In this document: positions 16,023 to 26,400 of the stretch, piece by piece
How positions within the stretch are numbered: position 1 is the first letter of the stretch
Layout of the letters: each line of letters begins with the position of its first letter
NCBI GenBank assembly: GCA_044344945.1
Contig: JBIJBZ010000002.1
Location: forward strand, 1-59,062
Direction: 5' to 3'
DNA length: 59,062 bases
Source: Bdellovibrionota bacterium
Lineage (GTDB): Bacteria; Bdellovibrionota_C; UBA2361; OMII01
Made by a program: the position numbers and the translations under genes
The notes under the pieces: generated by a model
The model's input: only the letters and a program-made list of their open reading frames with translations
Told to the model about the DNA's origin: nothing
Databases searched by the model: none

Positions 16023-18230
16023 TCAGCCTGGCAATTTTTTTAACGCATCAATAACGATACCTGGGGTCAGGACGTTCGGTAATACTATCGGGTCTGAGGC
16101 CGCACCGGGGATGATTACATTTAGGGGGACGCCGTTCCGTCCGTAGCGTCGGAGCGCATCGGTAATTGCTTGATTTTTCGAGGTCCAGTCCGCTCGGATG
16201 AGGGTCACGTTCTTCTTAGTGATGAGATCCCGGACCTCCTCAGAGCCGAACACAACCCGTTCATTGACTTGGCAGGTGATGCACCACTCCGCCGTAAAAT
16301 CGAGATAGACGGGGCGACCTTGGGCAGCCAGGCGGGTGAGGCGCTCCTCTGAAAAGTTCTCCCACAATAATCCGTGCTCGTCAGTAAACGGCACCACTGC
16401 ACCGTTCGATGACGAGGCGTGACTACGGGCGTCATCGATCTCTTGAGAGCTTGGTATCGCTGTGTAGATGCCGGTCGTTATCGAGAGGAGGGCAAGTGTG
16501 CGCATGATTCGCCCGGGACGCTTATCATGAGAGCGACGGGCTGTTGCCAGCAGCCAGAATCCAAGCGCCACCAGAAGAATCCCCCATAGTACATCGATCA
16601 TGAGGTTGAGAGCAGGTGGCTCCAATCCCATCTGTCGGGCAAAGACCCGAGCCAGCCACACAACACTCGCAAAGAGGGGGAACGCCATCGCTTCCTTAAA
16701 GGTAACCATCCACTCCCCCGGCCTCGGCAGAAAGCGAAGAAGGGAGGGGCGGTACGAGAGGAGCAGATACGGAGCGCTCATGCCGAGCCCAAGGCTTGTG
16801 AACACGATGAACCCTGAGATCGCCGGCAGGGTGAGCGTAGCTGCAAGGGCAGAACTCATGAACGGGGCTGTGCAAGGAGTGGCTACGGCGGTAGCAAGCG
16901 CTCCGTTAAGGAACGATCCGATGTAGTTCGTCGGAAGCTTTGACGATCCGGCCCAGCTTTGGAGTCGTGCGCCGACCACAACATCGGTCAGGAAGATGAA
17001 TCCGATTACAAGCAAGGTGAACAGCATCACTACGACAAAAGTTGGCGACTGAAGCTGGAATCCCCACCCGAGCTGCTCTCCACCAACCTTTACCGACAGT
17101 ACAATAATGCCGAGTATCCAGAACGAGGCTACGACGCCGACCGAAAATAGAAGTCCGTGTGTTCGTGTGGTACGCGGGTCCTCTTCGGCGTGCTTAATGA
17201 AGTTTAATACCTTGATCGAAAGTACCGGAAACACGCACGGCATCAAGTTTAAAATAATCCCACCGATGAATGCGAATATCACGGCTAATCCGAGACCCAT
17301 TGTGCCTGTAGCAACCTCCGCTTGGCGATCTTGCGAACTCGTTGAAACCTCTTGAATCGGCTCTCCCGGGTTCGTGTCGATCTGAACAGCCTTTGGAAGC
17401 CCGTTTTCGGACCAGCCCTGCTCAGAATAGAGAACTCCACGCACACGAGAGATCGGTTCGCGGCGTCTCGGGTCTCTTTGAAGCGAGAGTCGTAGCGTGT
17501 CTCCATCTCTGGAACTTACCTGTGCTGCAGAGTTTGAGATAATTTTGGGGTCCTCGGGAAAAAAAATCACTGATGAAGGAAGAACGCGTTGCCCCAGCGG
17601 AATCAGGGCGAGAATTATCTTATCCTGTTGCTCCTCGATAGCGATGGAGACGCGTTGTAATGGCGTCGGGATCCGATTGAAAGCTGCTTCGAATTCCTTG
17701 GAGTGCACTGACGGTGCGCCGTTCATTTTTGCCAGCGGCAGAGACAGCTCGACGGTGCCCTCGCCAGGGAGACATTCGTCTTTACACGCAAGCCACTCAA
17801 GGTTTACCCGCAGTTTGATCATTGATGTGTCAACTTTGGATGACACTTTTCCTTGAAATGGGATCAGAGTATTGCCCAATCCATAGTTGGTGAGTGGTCC
17901 GGTCGAGATACGCTCTGGGTATGGCCACAGCGGACCATCAATCGTCACCTCAGGATTGCTCTGCCATGTAAAGCGGGGAGGAAGTCCCGAATCTCCCGGG
18001 TTTTTCCAGTAGATGTGCCATCCGGGATCTAACGAGAATTTAACGCCGAGACTGAAGGTGGAGCCGGGCGAAACGGAGTCTTGATCGGCAACAAGTTCAA
18101 CCCGCGTGTGCGGACCCTCTGTCTTTGAGGCGTCGCCGCAGCCGCATAGGTGCGAAGCGATAACACCGATAGGAGTAAGAGCGCGCAGCGTATATCGAAA
18201 TAGAGATCTGAAAGGAGAGGGACTTCGCAT
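16023..18230 (-). CDS. dsbD: Thiol:disulfide interchange protein DsbD-like (protein-disulfide reductase)
   Basis: N-terminal periplasmic domain (LACKDECLP), central CcdA-like TM core (LNLMPCVFPVLSIK) and C-terminal thioredoxin (AEWCITCQ). Confidence 0.85.
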   Translation of the reverse strand: MRSPSPFRSLFRYTLRALTPIGVIASHLCGCGDASKTEGPHTRVELVADQDSVSPGSTFSLGVKFSLDPGWHIYWKNPGDSGLPPRFTWQSNPEVTIDGPLWPYPERISTGPLTNYGLGNTLIPFQGKVSSKVDTSMIKLRVNLEWLACKDECLPGEGTVELSLPLAKMNGAPSVHSKEFEAAFNRIPTPLQRVSIAIEEQQDKIILALIPLGQRVLPSSVIFFPEDPKIISNSAAQVSSRDGDTLRLSLQRDPRRREPISRVRGVLYSEQGWSENGLPKAVQIDTNPGEPIQEVSTSSQDRQAEVATGTMGLGLAVIFAFIGGIILNLMPCVFPVLSIKVLNFIKHAEEDPRTTRTHGLLFSVGVVASFWILGIIVLSVKVGGEQLGWGFQLQSPTFVVVMLFTLLVIGFIFLTDVVVGARLQSWAGSSKLPTNYIGSFLNGALATAVATPCTAPFMSSALAATLTLPAISGFIVFTSLGLGMSAPYLLLSYRPSLLRFLPRPGEWMVTFKEAMAFPLFASVVWLARVFARQMGLEPPALNLMIDVLWGILLVALGFWLLATARRSHDKRPGRIMRTLALLSITTGIYTAIPSSQEIDDARSHASSSNGAVVPFTDEHGLLWENFSEERLTRLAAQGRPVYLDFTAEWCITCQVNERVVFGSEEVRDLITKKNVTLIRADWTSKNQAITDALRRYGRNGVPLNVIIPGAASDPIVLPNVLTPGIVIDALKKLPG

Positions 18231-18289
18231 AGGTATCAGAGAAAGAGCCTACAACGAACCCGGTGCTTCAAAAACTGGTTGGATGATGA

Positions 18290-18559
18290 TTATGCCGCCT
18301 CAGCCCTTTGAGTGGCTTTGAGGTAATCAAACGAGAGTTCCTTGAACCCATCAGTCAGGTTCTGGAGATCTTGCTTGTATTGGTCTGAGACTTGACGCGC
18401 TTCGTTGGTAGTGAGGCCTGCAATGGCTGCACCGAGAACCGCTGAGTTAGCCACAAACTGCAGGGTTGGTTTTGCCAGGTTCTGGATCCAGTCAGCAAGT
18501 GGCGACTGCTGGTCTCGGGTCTTCTGTTGCTGGGTATCTTGGCTAACTTGTTGGTTCAT
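18290..18559 (-). CDS. Hypothetical small protein
   Basis: ORF from the internal ATG (MNQQVSQDTQQQ...). No recognisable motif. Confidence 0.35.
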   Translation of the reverse strand: MNQQVSQDTQQQKTRDQQSPLADWIQNLAKPTLQFVANSAVLGAAIAGLTTNEARQVSDQYKQDLQNLTDGFKELSFDYLKATQRAEAA

Positions 18560-18971
18560 AGAACTCTTTACCGTATGCTGCAGTTCTACCACGAGGATTG
18601 GCAGGAGCAAAGATTTTCTTCGGGGTGGATACTCAGGGGGGTGGGCGGCTAAAGTGGAGGGAAGTTTCGTGATATTAAGTGGTTAGGTAGCCCTCCTCGG
18701 TGTCACTTCAGTTTCTGATCTCTGTTCTGATTCCACGAGCCCCTCGGCAGGGATGAAAGAGGGGATTTGAAGTGCAAGAGTCGGGGTGCTTGGGTTGACC
18801 TCTCCGGTGAAAGACGAGTAGACTCCCCACCTCGTTGGGTCATGGTAAGGCTTCGCGGAGTTGGTCGTTGCGACCCTACGTTTTTCACCGCGCCGGTCCC
18901 GAGATTTGCAAACTAAGTATCGCTTTGTCGCTACCCGATTACAGGTAGTACGTAGGTAGGTAGTACGAACT

Positions 18972-19133
18972 ATGAAACGCACATATCAACCCAGTAAGAA
19001 GAGTCGCAAGACTACACACGGATTCCGTAAGCGCATGGCTACTAAGGGTGGCCGTAAGGTCATCAAGGCTCGACGAGCCAAGGGCCGTAAGAGGTTGTCG
19101 GTTACAGCACCTCGCAAGGGTCACTATAAGTAA
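18972..19133 (+). CDS. rpmH: 50S ribosomal protein L34
   Basis: Below the ORF-track length cutoff. Translates to [53 protein letters not shown]. Confidence 0.95.
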   Translation: MKRTYQPSKKSRKTTHGFRKRMATKGGRKVIKARRAKGRKRLSVTAPRKGHYK

Positions 19134-19509
19134 ATCGAGAGGCTCTATTATCAGCCGTTTCGCGTTTGGGCCTAATGCCCGACTAAGAAAGAAGAGCGAT
19201 ATAGAGCGGTGCCAAAAAAAGGGCACCAAGATCTACGCAAAACATTTTCTACTCCTCGTTATTCCATCCGATTCGGGTGGTAGCAGGCTTGCAGTTGCTG
19301 TTACCGTTAAGCTCGAAGGGCGGGCGGTTGTTCGAAATCTAATTAAGCGACGCATTCGCCATGTATTTCGGGAGTCTCGCGGTGAATTCACTCAGCCGAT
19401 TGACATAGTTGTTGTTGCGCGGCGCGACATTCAATCGTGTGAACTAGTAGACTATCGTAACGAGATCCTGGGAGCCCTTAAGGCTCATGGATATCTGCGT
19501 GCCGGCTAG
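19048..19509 (+). CDS. rnpA: Ribonuclease P protein component
   Basis: Core [27 protein letters not shown]...[17 protein letters not shown]. The only canonical in-frame start is GTG 19048, inside rpmH, so the start is uncertain. Confidence 0.8.
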   Translation: MAVRSSRLDEPRAVRGCRLQHLARVTISKSRGSIISRFAFGPNARLRKKSDIERCQKKGTKIYAKHFLLLVIPSDSGGSRLAVAVTVKLEGRAVVRNLIKRRIRHVFRESRGEFTQPIDIVVVARRDIQSCELVDYRNEILGALKAHGYLRAG

Positions 19510-19530
19510 TTAGCAGGGGATTCGCAACGC

Positions 19531-19776
19531 ATGAGTCATCCATTGCCTCAAACTGCTCCACGGCGTCATCGTCCGATAGTTCGTTTGTTGTTTCGTATCT
19601 ACAAGACTTGCATTTCGCCACTGTTAGGAAATGTGTGTCGATTCGAGCCAAGTTGCTCTGAATACGCACTTGAGTCCCTTGAACGGCATGGTCTCTGGCG
19701 TGGTGGTAAGCTCGCCCTCGCGCGGCTCTGTCGCTGTCACCCTTGGAATCCTGGCGGCCATGACCCAGTGCCTTGA
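19531..19776 (+). CDS. yidD: Membrane protein insertion efficiency factor YidD
   Basis: [31 protein letters not shown]...[14 protein letters not shown]. Confidence 0.9.
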   Translation: MSHPLPQTAPRRHRPIVRLLFRIYKTCISPLLGNVCRFEPSCSEYALESLERHGLWRGGKLALARLCRCHPWNPGGHDPVP

Positions 19777-19890
19777 CCCTGGTGGATCTTTTCCTTACAA
19801 ACACGAGCGCTCCCTCGCTAAACGTGGTAGGAAAGGAGCCGAGGTTAGGCCCGCAGTAAGTGCCGGCAATTTTTAGGCAAAGGATCCACA

Positions 19891-21639
19891 GTGACCGATA
19901 ATTCAACTGAACAGAATCAGCGCAGCTTGCAGGCTATTATTCTCTGCGTCCTCGTGGCGATCCTCTATACCCAGTTCATTCTCGCTCCGAAGAAGCGAGC
20001 CGAGCAACAGCAGCTTCAGCAGCAACAGACGGCGACTCAAGCGGTACCCGCTGCTGTCCCTCCAAGTGCAGTCCCCGGTGTTCAACAACAGCCAGCAGTC
20101 CCCCAGCCGCTTCCAGTTGTTGGACAGTCCCACCCGGCCAAGGCGGATCTCGAGAATGCTCCAAAGTCGAGCATCGATCTCGGTTTAACAAAACTTACCT
20201 TCTCGCACCTCGGAGCGCGGCTGCTCCATTACAAACTTACGAGCTACAAGTTTCACCAAGGCAGTGACGAGCTGCTCGACCTGATCGACACGCCAGAGGG
20301 CTCTCCCTTTCCGCTTGGCGTCTACCTTGGGCAAGAGAGCGATGAGCGGGTTCAGTATTCGTTAGTTGCCGTTAACGGAGCCCCTCCACTAGCGCCCACG
20401 GTGTCCCTGAGCGCACAGCCGAATACTCCCGTTGTCTTGGATTTTAAGGGAACGCTGCCCAGTGGCGTTGGAATCACGAAGCGCATTACGCTTACTGGCG
20501 GAAAATATCTCTTCTCCGTCGATGTTGTACTCGATCGCCCGTCGTCGACAGGACAGGCTGTGTGGCTTGAGTGGTCGCATTTCTTCCCAGCCAATGTGGA
20601 GGAGAGCCTTCGCATCAAGCACACGCTTACCTATCTCGATGACCTCAAGAAGATTCACCACGAGCAGCTTGATCAGATAGCGCAGGGTGTGCGCGAGTAC
20701 GGAGTTAGTAAGTGGGTTTCTCTCGGTGACACCTACTTCACCAGCACCATCATTCCGACTGTGACCACGCCTAATACTCTTCTTGGACGAGAAGGCGATC
20801 TCTTTTTTGGCCGGGTAGCTGGCGGCGCAACCGGCGGCAAGTTTTTTGCGTACGTTGGTCCGAAAGATTACAGGATTCTAGAGTCGTCCGGCGATTTTGA
20901 TCTGCAGCGATCGATCGACCTTGGATGGTTTTCATTTCTCGCGCTTCCACTTCTCTGGCTGCTTCATACCCTCTACTCCGGTTTAGGCAACTACGGTTTA
21001 GCTATCATTGCGCTGACCCTGATTGTAAAAGCAGTGATGCTGCCCCTCTCTAAGGCGAGCTTTGAGTCGGCTCGGAAGATGCAAGATATCGCCCCTGAGA
21101 TTAAGGCGCTTCGCGAGCGAATTAAGGATCCAAATCAGTTAAATCAGGAGACGTTTGCGCTCTATAAACGAAAGGGCGTTAATCCAATGGGTGGGTGTCT
21201 CCCGGTTCTGGTTCAGATCCCGGTCTTCCTTGGATTGTACAACGCACTACTCAATGCAATTGAGTTGCGCCACGCGCCATTTGCGCTCTGGATTAACGAC
21301 CTGTCGGCTCCGGAGAGCCTGCAGCTGTTCGGAATCGGTATTCCTGTGATGGTACTCCTCATGGCTATCAGTATGGTCTACCAGCAGTGGACGACGCCGA
21401 ATCCATCAGCCGATCCGACCCAACAGAAGATGATGATGATAATGCCGGTGGTGTTTGCTGGTATGTTTATCGTATTCCCGATGCCTGCCGGTCTTGTGCT
21501 CTACTGGTTGGTGAATAACATCATCTCTATTACTCAGCAGCTCTACATGCGCAGTTCGGATAAGGGTTCGGTGTATGTTGGAACACTCGTCGCAAGTGTT
21601 GTTATCTTCGGAGTAGGGTTTATCTTAACCATCATATGA
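19891..21639 (+). CDS. yidC: Membrane protein insertase YidC
   Basis: 582 aa. N-terminal TM, a large periplasmic domain and the 60-kDa IMP core (GLAIIALTLIVKAVMLPL, CLPVLVQIPVFLGLY, PAGLVLYWLVNN). Confidence 0.95.
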   Translation: MTDNSTEQNQRSLQAIILCVLVAILYTQFILAPKKRAEQQQLQQQQTATQAVPAAVPPSAVPGVQQQPAVPQPLPVVGQSHPAKADLENAPKSSIDLGLTKLTFSHLGARLLHYKLTSYKFHQGSDELLDLIDTPEGSPFPLGVYLGQESDERVQYSLVAVNGAPPLAPTVSLSAQPNTPVVLDFKGTLPSGVGITKRITLTGGKYLFSVDVVLDRPSSTGQAVWLEWSHFFPANVEESLRIKHTLTYLDDLKKIHHEQLDQIAQGVREYGVSKWVSLGDTYFTSTIIPTVTTPNTLLGREGDLFFGRVAGGATGGKFFAYVGPKDYRILESSGDFDLQRSIDLGWFSFLALPLLWLLHTLYSGLGNYGLAIIALTLIVKAVMLPLSKASFESARKMQDIAPEIKALRERIKDPNQLNQETFALYKRKGVNPMGGCLPVLVQIPVFLGLYNALLNAIELRHAPFALWINDLSAPESLQLFGIGIPVMVLLMAISMVYQQWTTPNPSADPTQQKMMMIMPVVFAGMFIVFPMPAGLVLYWLVNNIISITQQLYMRSSDKGSVYVGTLVASVVIFGVGFILTII

Positions 21640-23021
21640 TGGAAGACACGACAATAGCTGCGCTGGCAACGGCACCCGCACCTGCGGGTGTCGCTGTCGT
21701 CAGAGTCAGTGGGCCCCGTGCTCGACTGGTTCTTAAAGCAGTCTTCAACGGAAAGAAAGATCCGCTGCGACTCCCGCGAACGCTGGTCTTCGGAGATATC
21801 CTCGATTTCAAGACCGGCGCATCAATCGACAAGGGTTTGGCGGTTTTTATGCCTTCGCCGTGGAGCTTTACCGGAGAGGATGTCGTGGAGTTCCAATTCC
21901 ACGGAAGTCCGCTTCTTGTTCAGCGAGTGCTCCGGTCGCTCTACGCCTACGGGGTCGTGCCTGCTGCTGCAGGGGAGTTTACTAAGCGTGCATTTCTGAA
22001 CGGCAAACTCGATCTCGCTCAAGCGGAGGCGATTGCCGATGTCGTAAACGCAAAAAGCGATGAAGAGCTCCGTTTTGCAGGCGAGCAGTTAAAGGGGCGG
22101 CTCAGTCAGGCGGTGTCGAGTGTTGGCGAGCCTCTTCGAGATGCGCTTGCTGAATTAGAGGCGATCATCGATTTCCCTGACGAGGATATCAATCCAGATA
22201 CGCTCGACGCTATCGGTGCCCGAGCCGCCGTTGCGAGAGCCAAGATTGAACAGCTTCTTTCGACGTATGCCTTCGGTGCGTTAGTGAAAGAGGGTGTGCG
22301 CGTGCTTCTGTGTGGGCGGCCGAATTCCGGCAAGTCGAGCCTCCTCAATCTCCTACTTGGAAAGCGGCGCGCAATTGTTTCTCCCATCTCTGGTACAACT
22401 CGTGATCTCATTGAAGAGGAGGCATCACTCGCAGGGCACAAGTTTGTATTTTGCGACTCTGCAGGTATTCGAGAGACGAGCGATCATGTCGAGCAGATGG
22501 GCGTAGAACTCGCCAAAGAGCGTATCCCGTGGGCTGATCTGGTGCTCTTGGTGATTGATGCTAGCGATAAGCAGGGTGAGTGGCGCGAAACGTTGGAGCT
22601 GCTGCGTGGTAACGGGAAGCGGATCTGGGTTGTCGTAAATAAGATCGATCTTAATCCGTCAGCCTTGGCTGAATTCTACTGTGATTCGTCGGTGTGCCAG
22701 CAGAACTTTTTTATATCAGCGAAGACGGGCGATGGTATTGGTGCGTTGATCGAATCTCTGGTTGAGGATGTTGCCAAAAGTATCCCTGAACGAGGCGATG
22801 TTGGTGAGGTCGTAACTAATGAACGCCATCGGGATTGTCTCTTGCGGGCTGAACAAGCTCTCTCAAGTTGCATGGATGCCATTCAGCTCGGCGGAACTCC
22901 GCCTTCAATTCTTGCAGCAGACCTCAAGGAGGCACTTACCGCTCTCGATGAGATCGTGGGAAGGACCTACACTGAAGATATCCTGGGTCGGATATTTTCT
23001 AAGTTTTGTATTGGAAAGTAG
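21636..23021 (+). CDS. mnmE: tRNA modification GTPase MnmE
   Basis: GRPNSGKSSLLN, DSAGIRET, NKIDL and the C-terminal FCIGK. Confidence 0.95.
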   Translation: MMEDTTIAALATAPAPAGVAVVRVSGPRARLVLKAVFNGKKDPLRLPRTLVFGDILDFKTGASIDKGLAVFMPSPWSFTGEDVVEFQFHGSPLLVQRVLRSLYAYGVVPAAAGEFTKRAFLNGKLDLAQAEAIADVVNAKSDEELRFAGEQLKGRLSQAVSSVGEPLRDALAELEAIIDFPDEDINPDTLDAIGARAAVARAKIEQLLSTYAFGALVKEGVRVLLCGRPNSGKSSLLNLLLGKRRAIVSPISGTTRDLIEEEASLAGHKFVFCDSAGIRETSDHVEQMGVELAKERIPWADLVLLVIDASDKQGEWRETLELLRGNGKRIWVVVNKIDLNPSALAEFYCDSSVCQQNFFISAKTGDGIGALIESLVEDVAKSIPERGDVGEVVTNERHRDCLLRAEQALSSCMDAIQLGGTPPSILAADLKEALTALDEIVGRTYTEDILGRIFSKFCIGK

Positions 23022-23194
23022 AGCGGGGATTGCTCAGGTCGACGTATTTCTGGCTGCTTAGATACCCCTTTTCTACAGAGCAGGACGCCACCTTTTTTCC
23101 GTTCTAGAAAAGGGTAGCGCCCCTTTACCTACCCCCCCCCTTTACCCGAGAGGTTAGACGTTACCCCTCAAGATTTCGACCCGATGTGCCGAGT

Positions 23195-23372
23195 CTCCGT
23201 AGGGAAGCGAGGCAAAACCCGCGTGAACATGCTCGTAAACGTGAACATGAACGTACCCGGAATAAAAAATCAATGTTTTCGGGTACGTTCACGTTTACGA
23301 GCACGAGCACGTTCACGTTTTAGGCTCCACACTTAGACTCCTAATAGGTTTTGCCTCGCCTCCCTAGGGAGT
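23195..23372. repeat. Composite palindromic element of hexamer-phased family H6. Outer 25-nt arms enclose ~39-nt arms built from GTGAAC/GTGCTC/GTAAAC hexamers.
   Basis: 23196-23220 is complementary to 23347-23371 with 2 mismatches. 23221-23260 is an imperfect complement of 23280-23319, around an AT-rich loop aataaaaaatcaatgttttc. Confidence 0.75.
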
Positions 23373-23429
23373 TTGAATATACGGTACGGGTGCGCAGTTT
23401 GGCGCCGCTGGTCTGCATGGAGTCACGTG

Positions 23430-26400
23430 ATGGCGAGGGACCTGGTCGGGACGGGTGAAAGGCGGGAGGTTCGGAGACCCGGTGGCGAATGGCCGCAAGT
23501 AAGCGGGTCCCCTACGCTTAAGGAGCGATCAAGCTATCTCGAACTACGGGATTTTAATCCTCTGGACCCTGCTGAAGATCTCAACTATCAGCGTCTTCTT
23601 TCTACGTTGCGTCTGGAGCCATTTTTCCGCGTCTTACCGGAAACGAGATCTACTGCGCCAGCGCTGTATGATGCGGTTCGGGAGAAGATCGCCAAGTTTG
23701 TAAGCGAAGGCTCCTTAACGTTGTATCCGCCTGGAACAAATATCCACGACCCAGAGCGGGGTAAGCCCGGGCAGATGCAGGTAGTTATGGCAGGAGAGCT
23801 CCAGATGACTCTCGACAGAGGGTGGAAAAAGGACAATCTACTGAAGCAAATGGGCTTCCGGGGGCCTACGTATGAGCGGGGCGAGGCCCTTGCTTCTTGG
23901 GCGATGGCTGGTAACACCGGCTCTCACTACGCCGACATTGCTGCAATTGGTCCAGTGTTAACCTTTGCGCTAAGCTCGCAGCAATATGCTGAGCTCATTA
24001 TGATCACGATACATGAGCCAACGGTGTCGAGGGAAATCGCACCTATTTCGAGCGAGGACGTAGACGCGCTTAAAGCCGCGAAATTCGTTAAGCCCTACTC
24101 AGGCGAAGATGAAGCAGACCTGCTTGTTGTGATGCGCCCCCGCGACTTTAGCAAGCAACCAACGGAAGAATCAGCGACCGCTCGATGGAAGCAGGCCATG
24201 CAGGTTTGGGATGACAATGCTCATCTCATCCAGGCGGATTTCTTGCATAGAACTGATGGCGGATGGCGCATGGTATCGCATCAGATACAGGCTGCAATAA
24301 AGCGAGCTACCATCGCCCAGCACGTTTTACAGAAAAATTTTTTATATGACCTGAATGATATTCGCGACCTTGAGCCAGCGAAGCTTCCTCCACCGTTCCG
24401 GGTCTTGCTATCCAATGATGAGATGAGGGCGCTAGCTCGCAATTGCTCTCGCATATCCCCCGGTACGTATGAGGCCGCCGGGCAGCTATTCCTGGCTGTC
24501 TATAAAACCGGTGATGTTGAGCGTCCAGAGAAGCCTCTTAAGAATCACGTAATGGATACCTCGTCGCAGTTGCGCATCACAGTCGTTCGGCCTGATGCTA
24601 AAGAGTACCAGACATTTACAATTCCTTTTCCACGGTCAGGCGTGGTAGATCCCCGCTCCTTGGCGGTAGAGCTTCCTCTTAAGCTGGGACTCCCCAAAGG
24701 GGTCTCAATTCACAGTGTCGAACTTCCTAACAATGAAGAGATAGATTTCTATCGGATTCATTGCTCACAATATCGTGAAACCCTCGCGGCCTCCTATGAG
24801 TTTAGCTTCAGCCGTTGTCTGGCGGATATGATAAATCTCGGATACATCATGACTGACGAAGTAAGGCAGAGACTCGAAGCGCGCTTTGAGAGCGCGGCCA
24901 AGGTTTTGCAGGAACTGGTTGGGGAGCATACATCTTTGAGTATGAATGCTCATAGAGAGCTCGTTGCGGTGATGGACGGCTGGATAGCACGTGACGCTCA
25001 GGACCGGAGAGGCCCCGGCACAATCACGGTTGATGAAGCGAAGGCGAACGAGGTTGTGCGTTTATTTGAGCTGTGCGAGAGAGAGGCAAAAGCTAAGTCC
25101 CCTGACCGGCGTTCAAACGACACGAGCGTTCCCTCACCCTTAGGGAAGGTTGATCCAATTGAGCAAAAATTAGCAATAATTGTCTCGGAGAGATTCTCTC
25201 CTGAGACCTTGCGATTGTTAACGCAGGAGGCGATCGCGGGTTTATACTACAAGGATGCCAAGTATGCGTTCAGTCATAGGGTAGATGATGCTCTGAGGAG
25301 CAGGCACGTGGCACATTTTTCCCTGAAGGAATTCAGGGTGCCCTACGAGGTAGGCTGGATACGAGACCATGGAAGAGCGCTGATTGTTACACCTGATCGA
25401 CATGAAAACCTGTGGGGGATGCACCACGAGCTAAAGGCGCTTGGTATCATGTCGGCGAGTGGCACTTTGCAGATCGAACGGCTGCGTGGAAAGCACCATC
25501 TTTTTCTGGGTGATGTAATCAACCGGAGAGTCAGTTTGCTTGGATATGGGACGCTGAGCCTGGTAGACACAATCATCAACGCAGCGCGGCAGCATAACGA
25601 GCGTGTGAAGGAAAGACCGGAGGATACTATCGAGGTTTCAATGATACTCGGTAATCATGAACTTGATCTCATCAGGCTGGATGAGGCGAGTTTACGCGAG
25701 ATGTTCCCCGATGTCTCTCACTACCTAGTCGCACGTACCACACGCGAGAAGATTTTGGACATGATTAAAGAGGGTAAGATACTGGCGGCCGTGTACCTTG
25801 GTAATTCTGATCCCAACGCTCCTCCTGAGAGACACGCTGTGGCAACCCACTCGGGGATGGTTCCTGAGTTTAGAGATGCTGTGATAGGCTTGCTGCAGGA
25901 TAATGGTCTACCAATCGATGACCAAACCCTTGTGAAGTATCTGAATCAGGAGTTACAGAGAGCCGCCATCTCCGGAAACTTTGATCACATTATGTTCGCG
26001 AAGTCCAAGTTGCGGGGGGGGGGTCATCACATGTCGGGATGTTTTGAGGCGGACATGGGTCGCTCGCCACGCAGCGACCTCACGCAAGCGATTACCCGCC
26101 TAAAAGAGCAAAACAGCAAGCTTACGTCTGAAGAGCTGCTCGAACTGATTCAGATGAAAATGGGGCGGCAGTTGGTTGGCCATAGCTTCAGCACAGACCA
26201 ACCGTTTATGAGGATCTTTGAAAGCGAGGCCATCAAAATTCCAGGATGTTTGATCGCGGATAGCGGGGACCATCAGAATTTTACCCCCGATCCGATGGAT
26301 ACCTTCAGCACTCTGGTTATTGCCGACGGGAGCTGGGAGGGGCTGTCGGTTGCTGGTCACGAGGGTGTTTTTGCGCAAGTCATGGTACCCGTCTTTGGTC

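Noticed and set aside
23065-23114. Inverted repeat ccccttttcta...tagaaaaggg after mnmE as an intrinsic terminator
   Set aside because: The loop is ~29 nt and there is no U-tract directly after the stem, so it does not meet the usual terminator geometry.
23221-23319. Possible CRISPR array suggested by the repeated GTGAAC-type units
   Set aside because: The units are contiguous 6-mers forming inverted arms. They are not 25-40-nt direct repeats separated by unique spacers, and there are no cas genes in the window.
23373-23429. TTG start of the large ORF directly abutting the palindromic repeat
   Set aside because: There is no RBS, and the first codons follow directly on the repeat. ATG 23430 has a GGAG at proper spacing.
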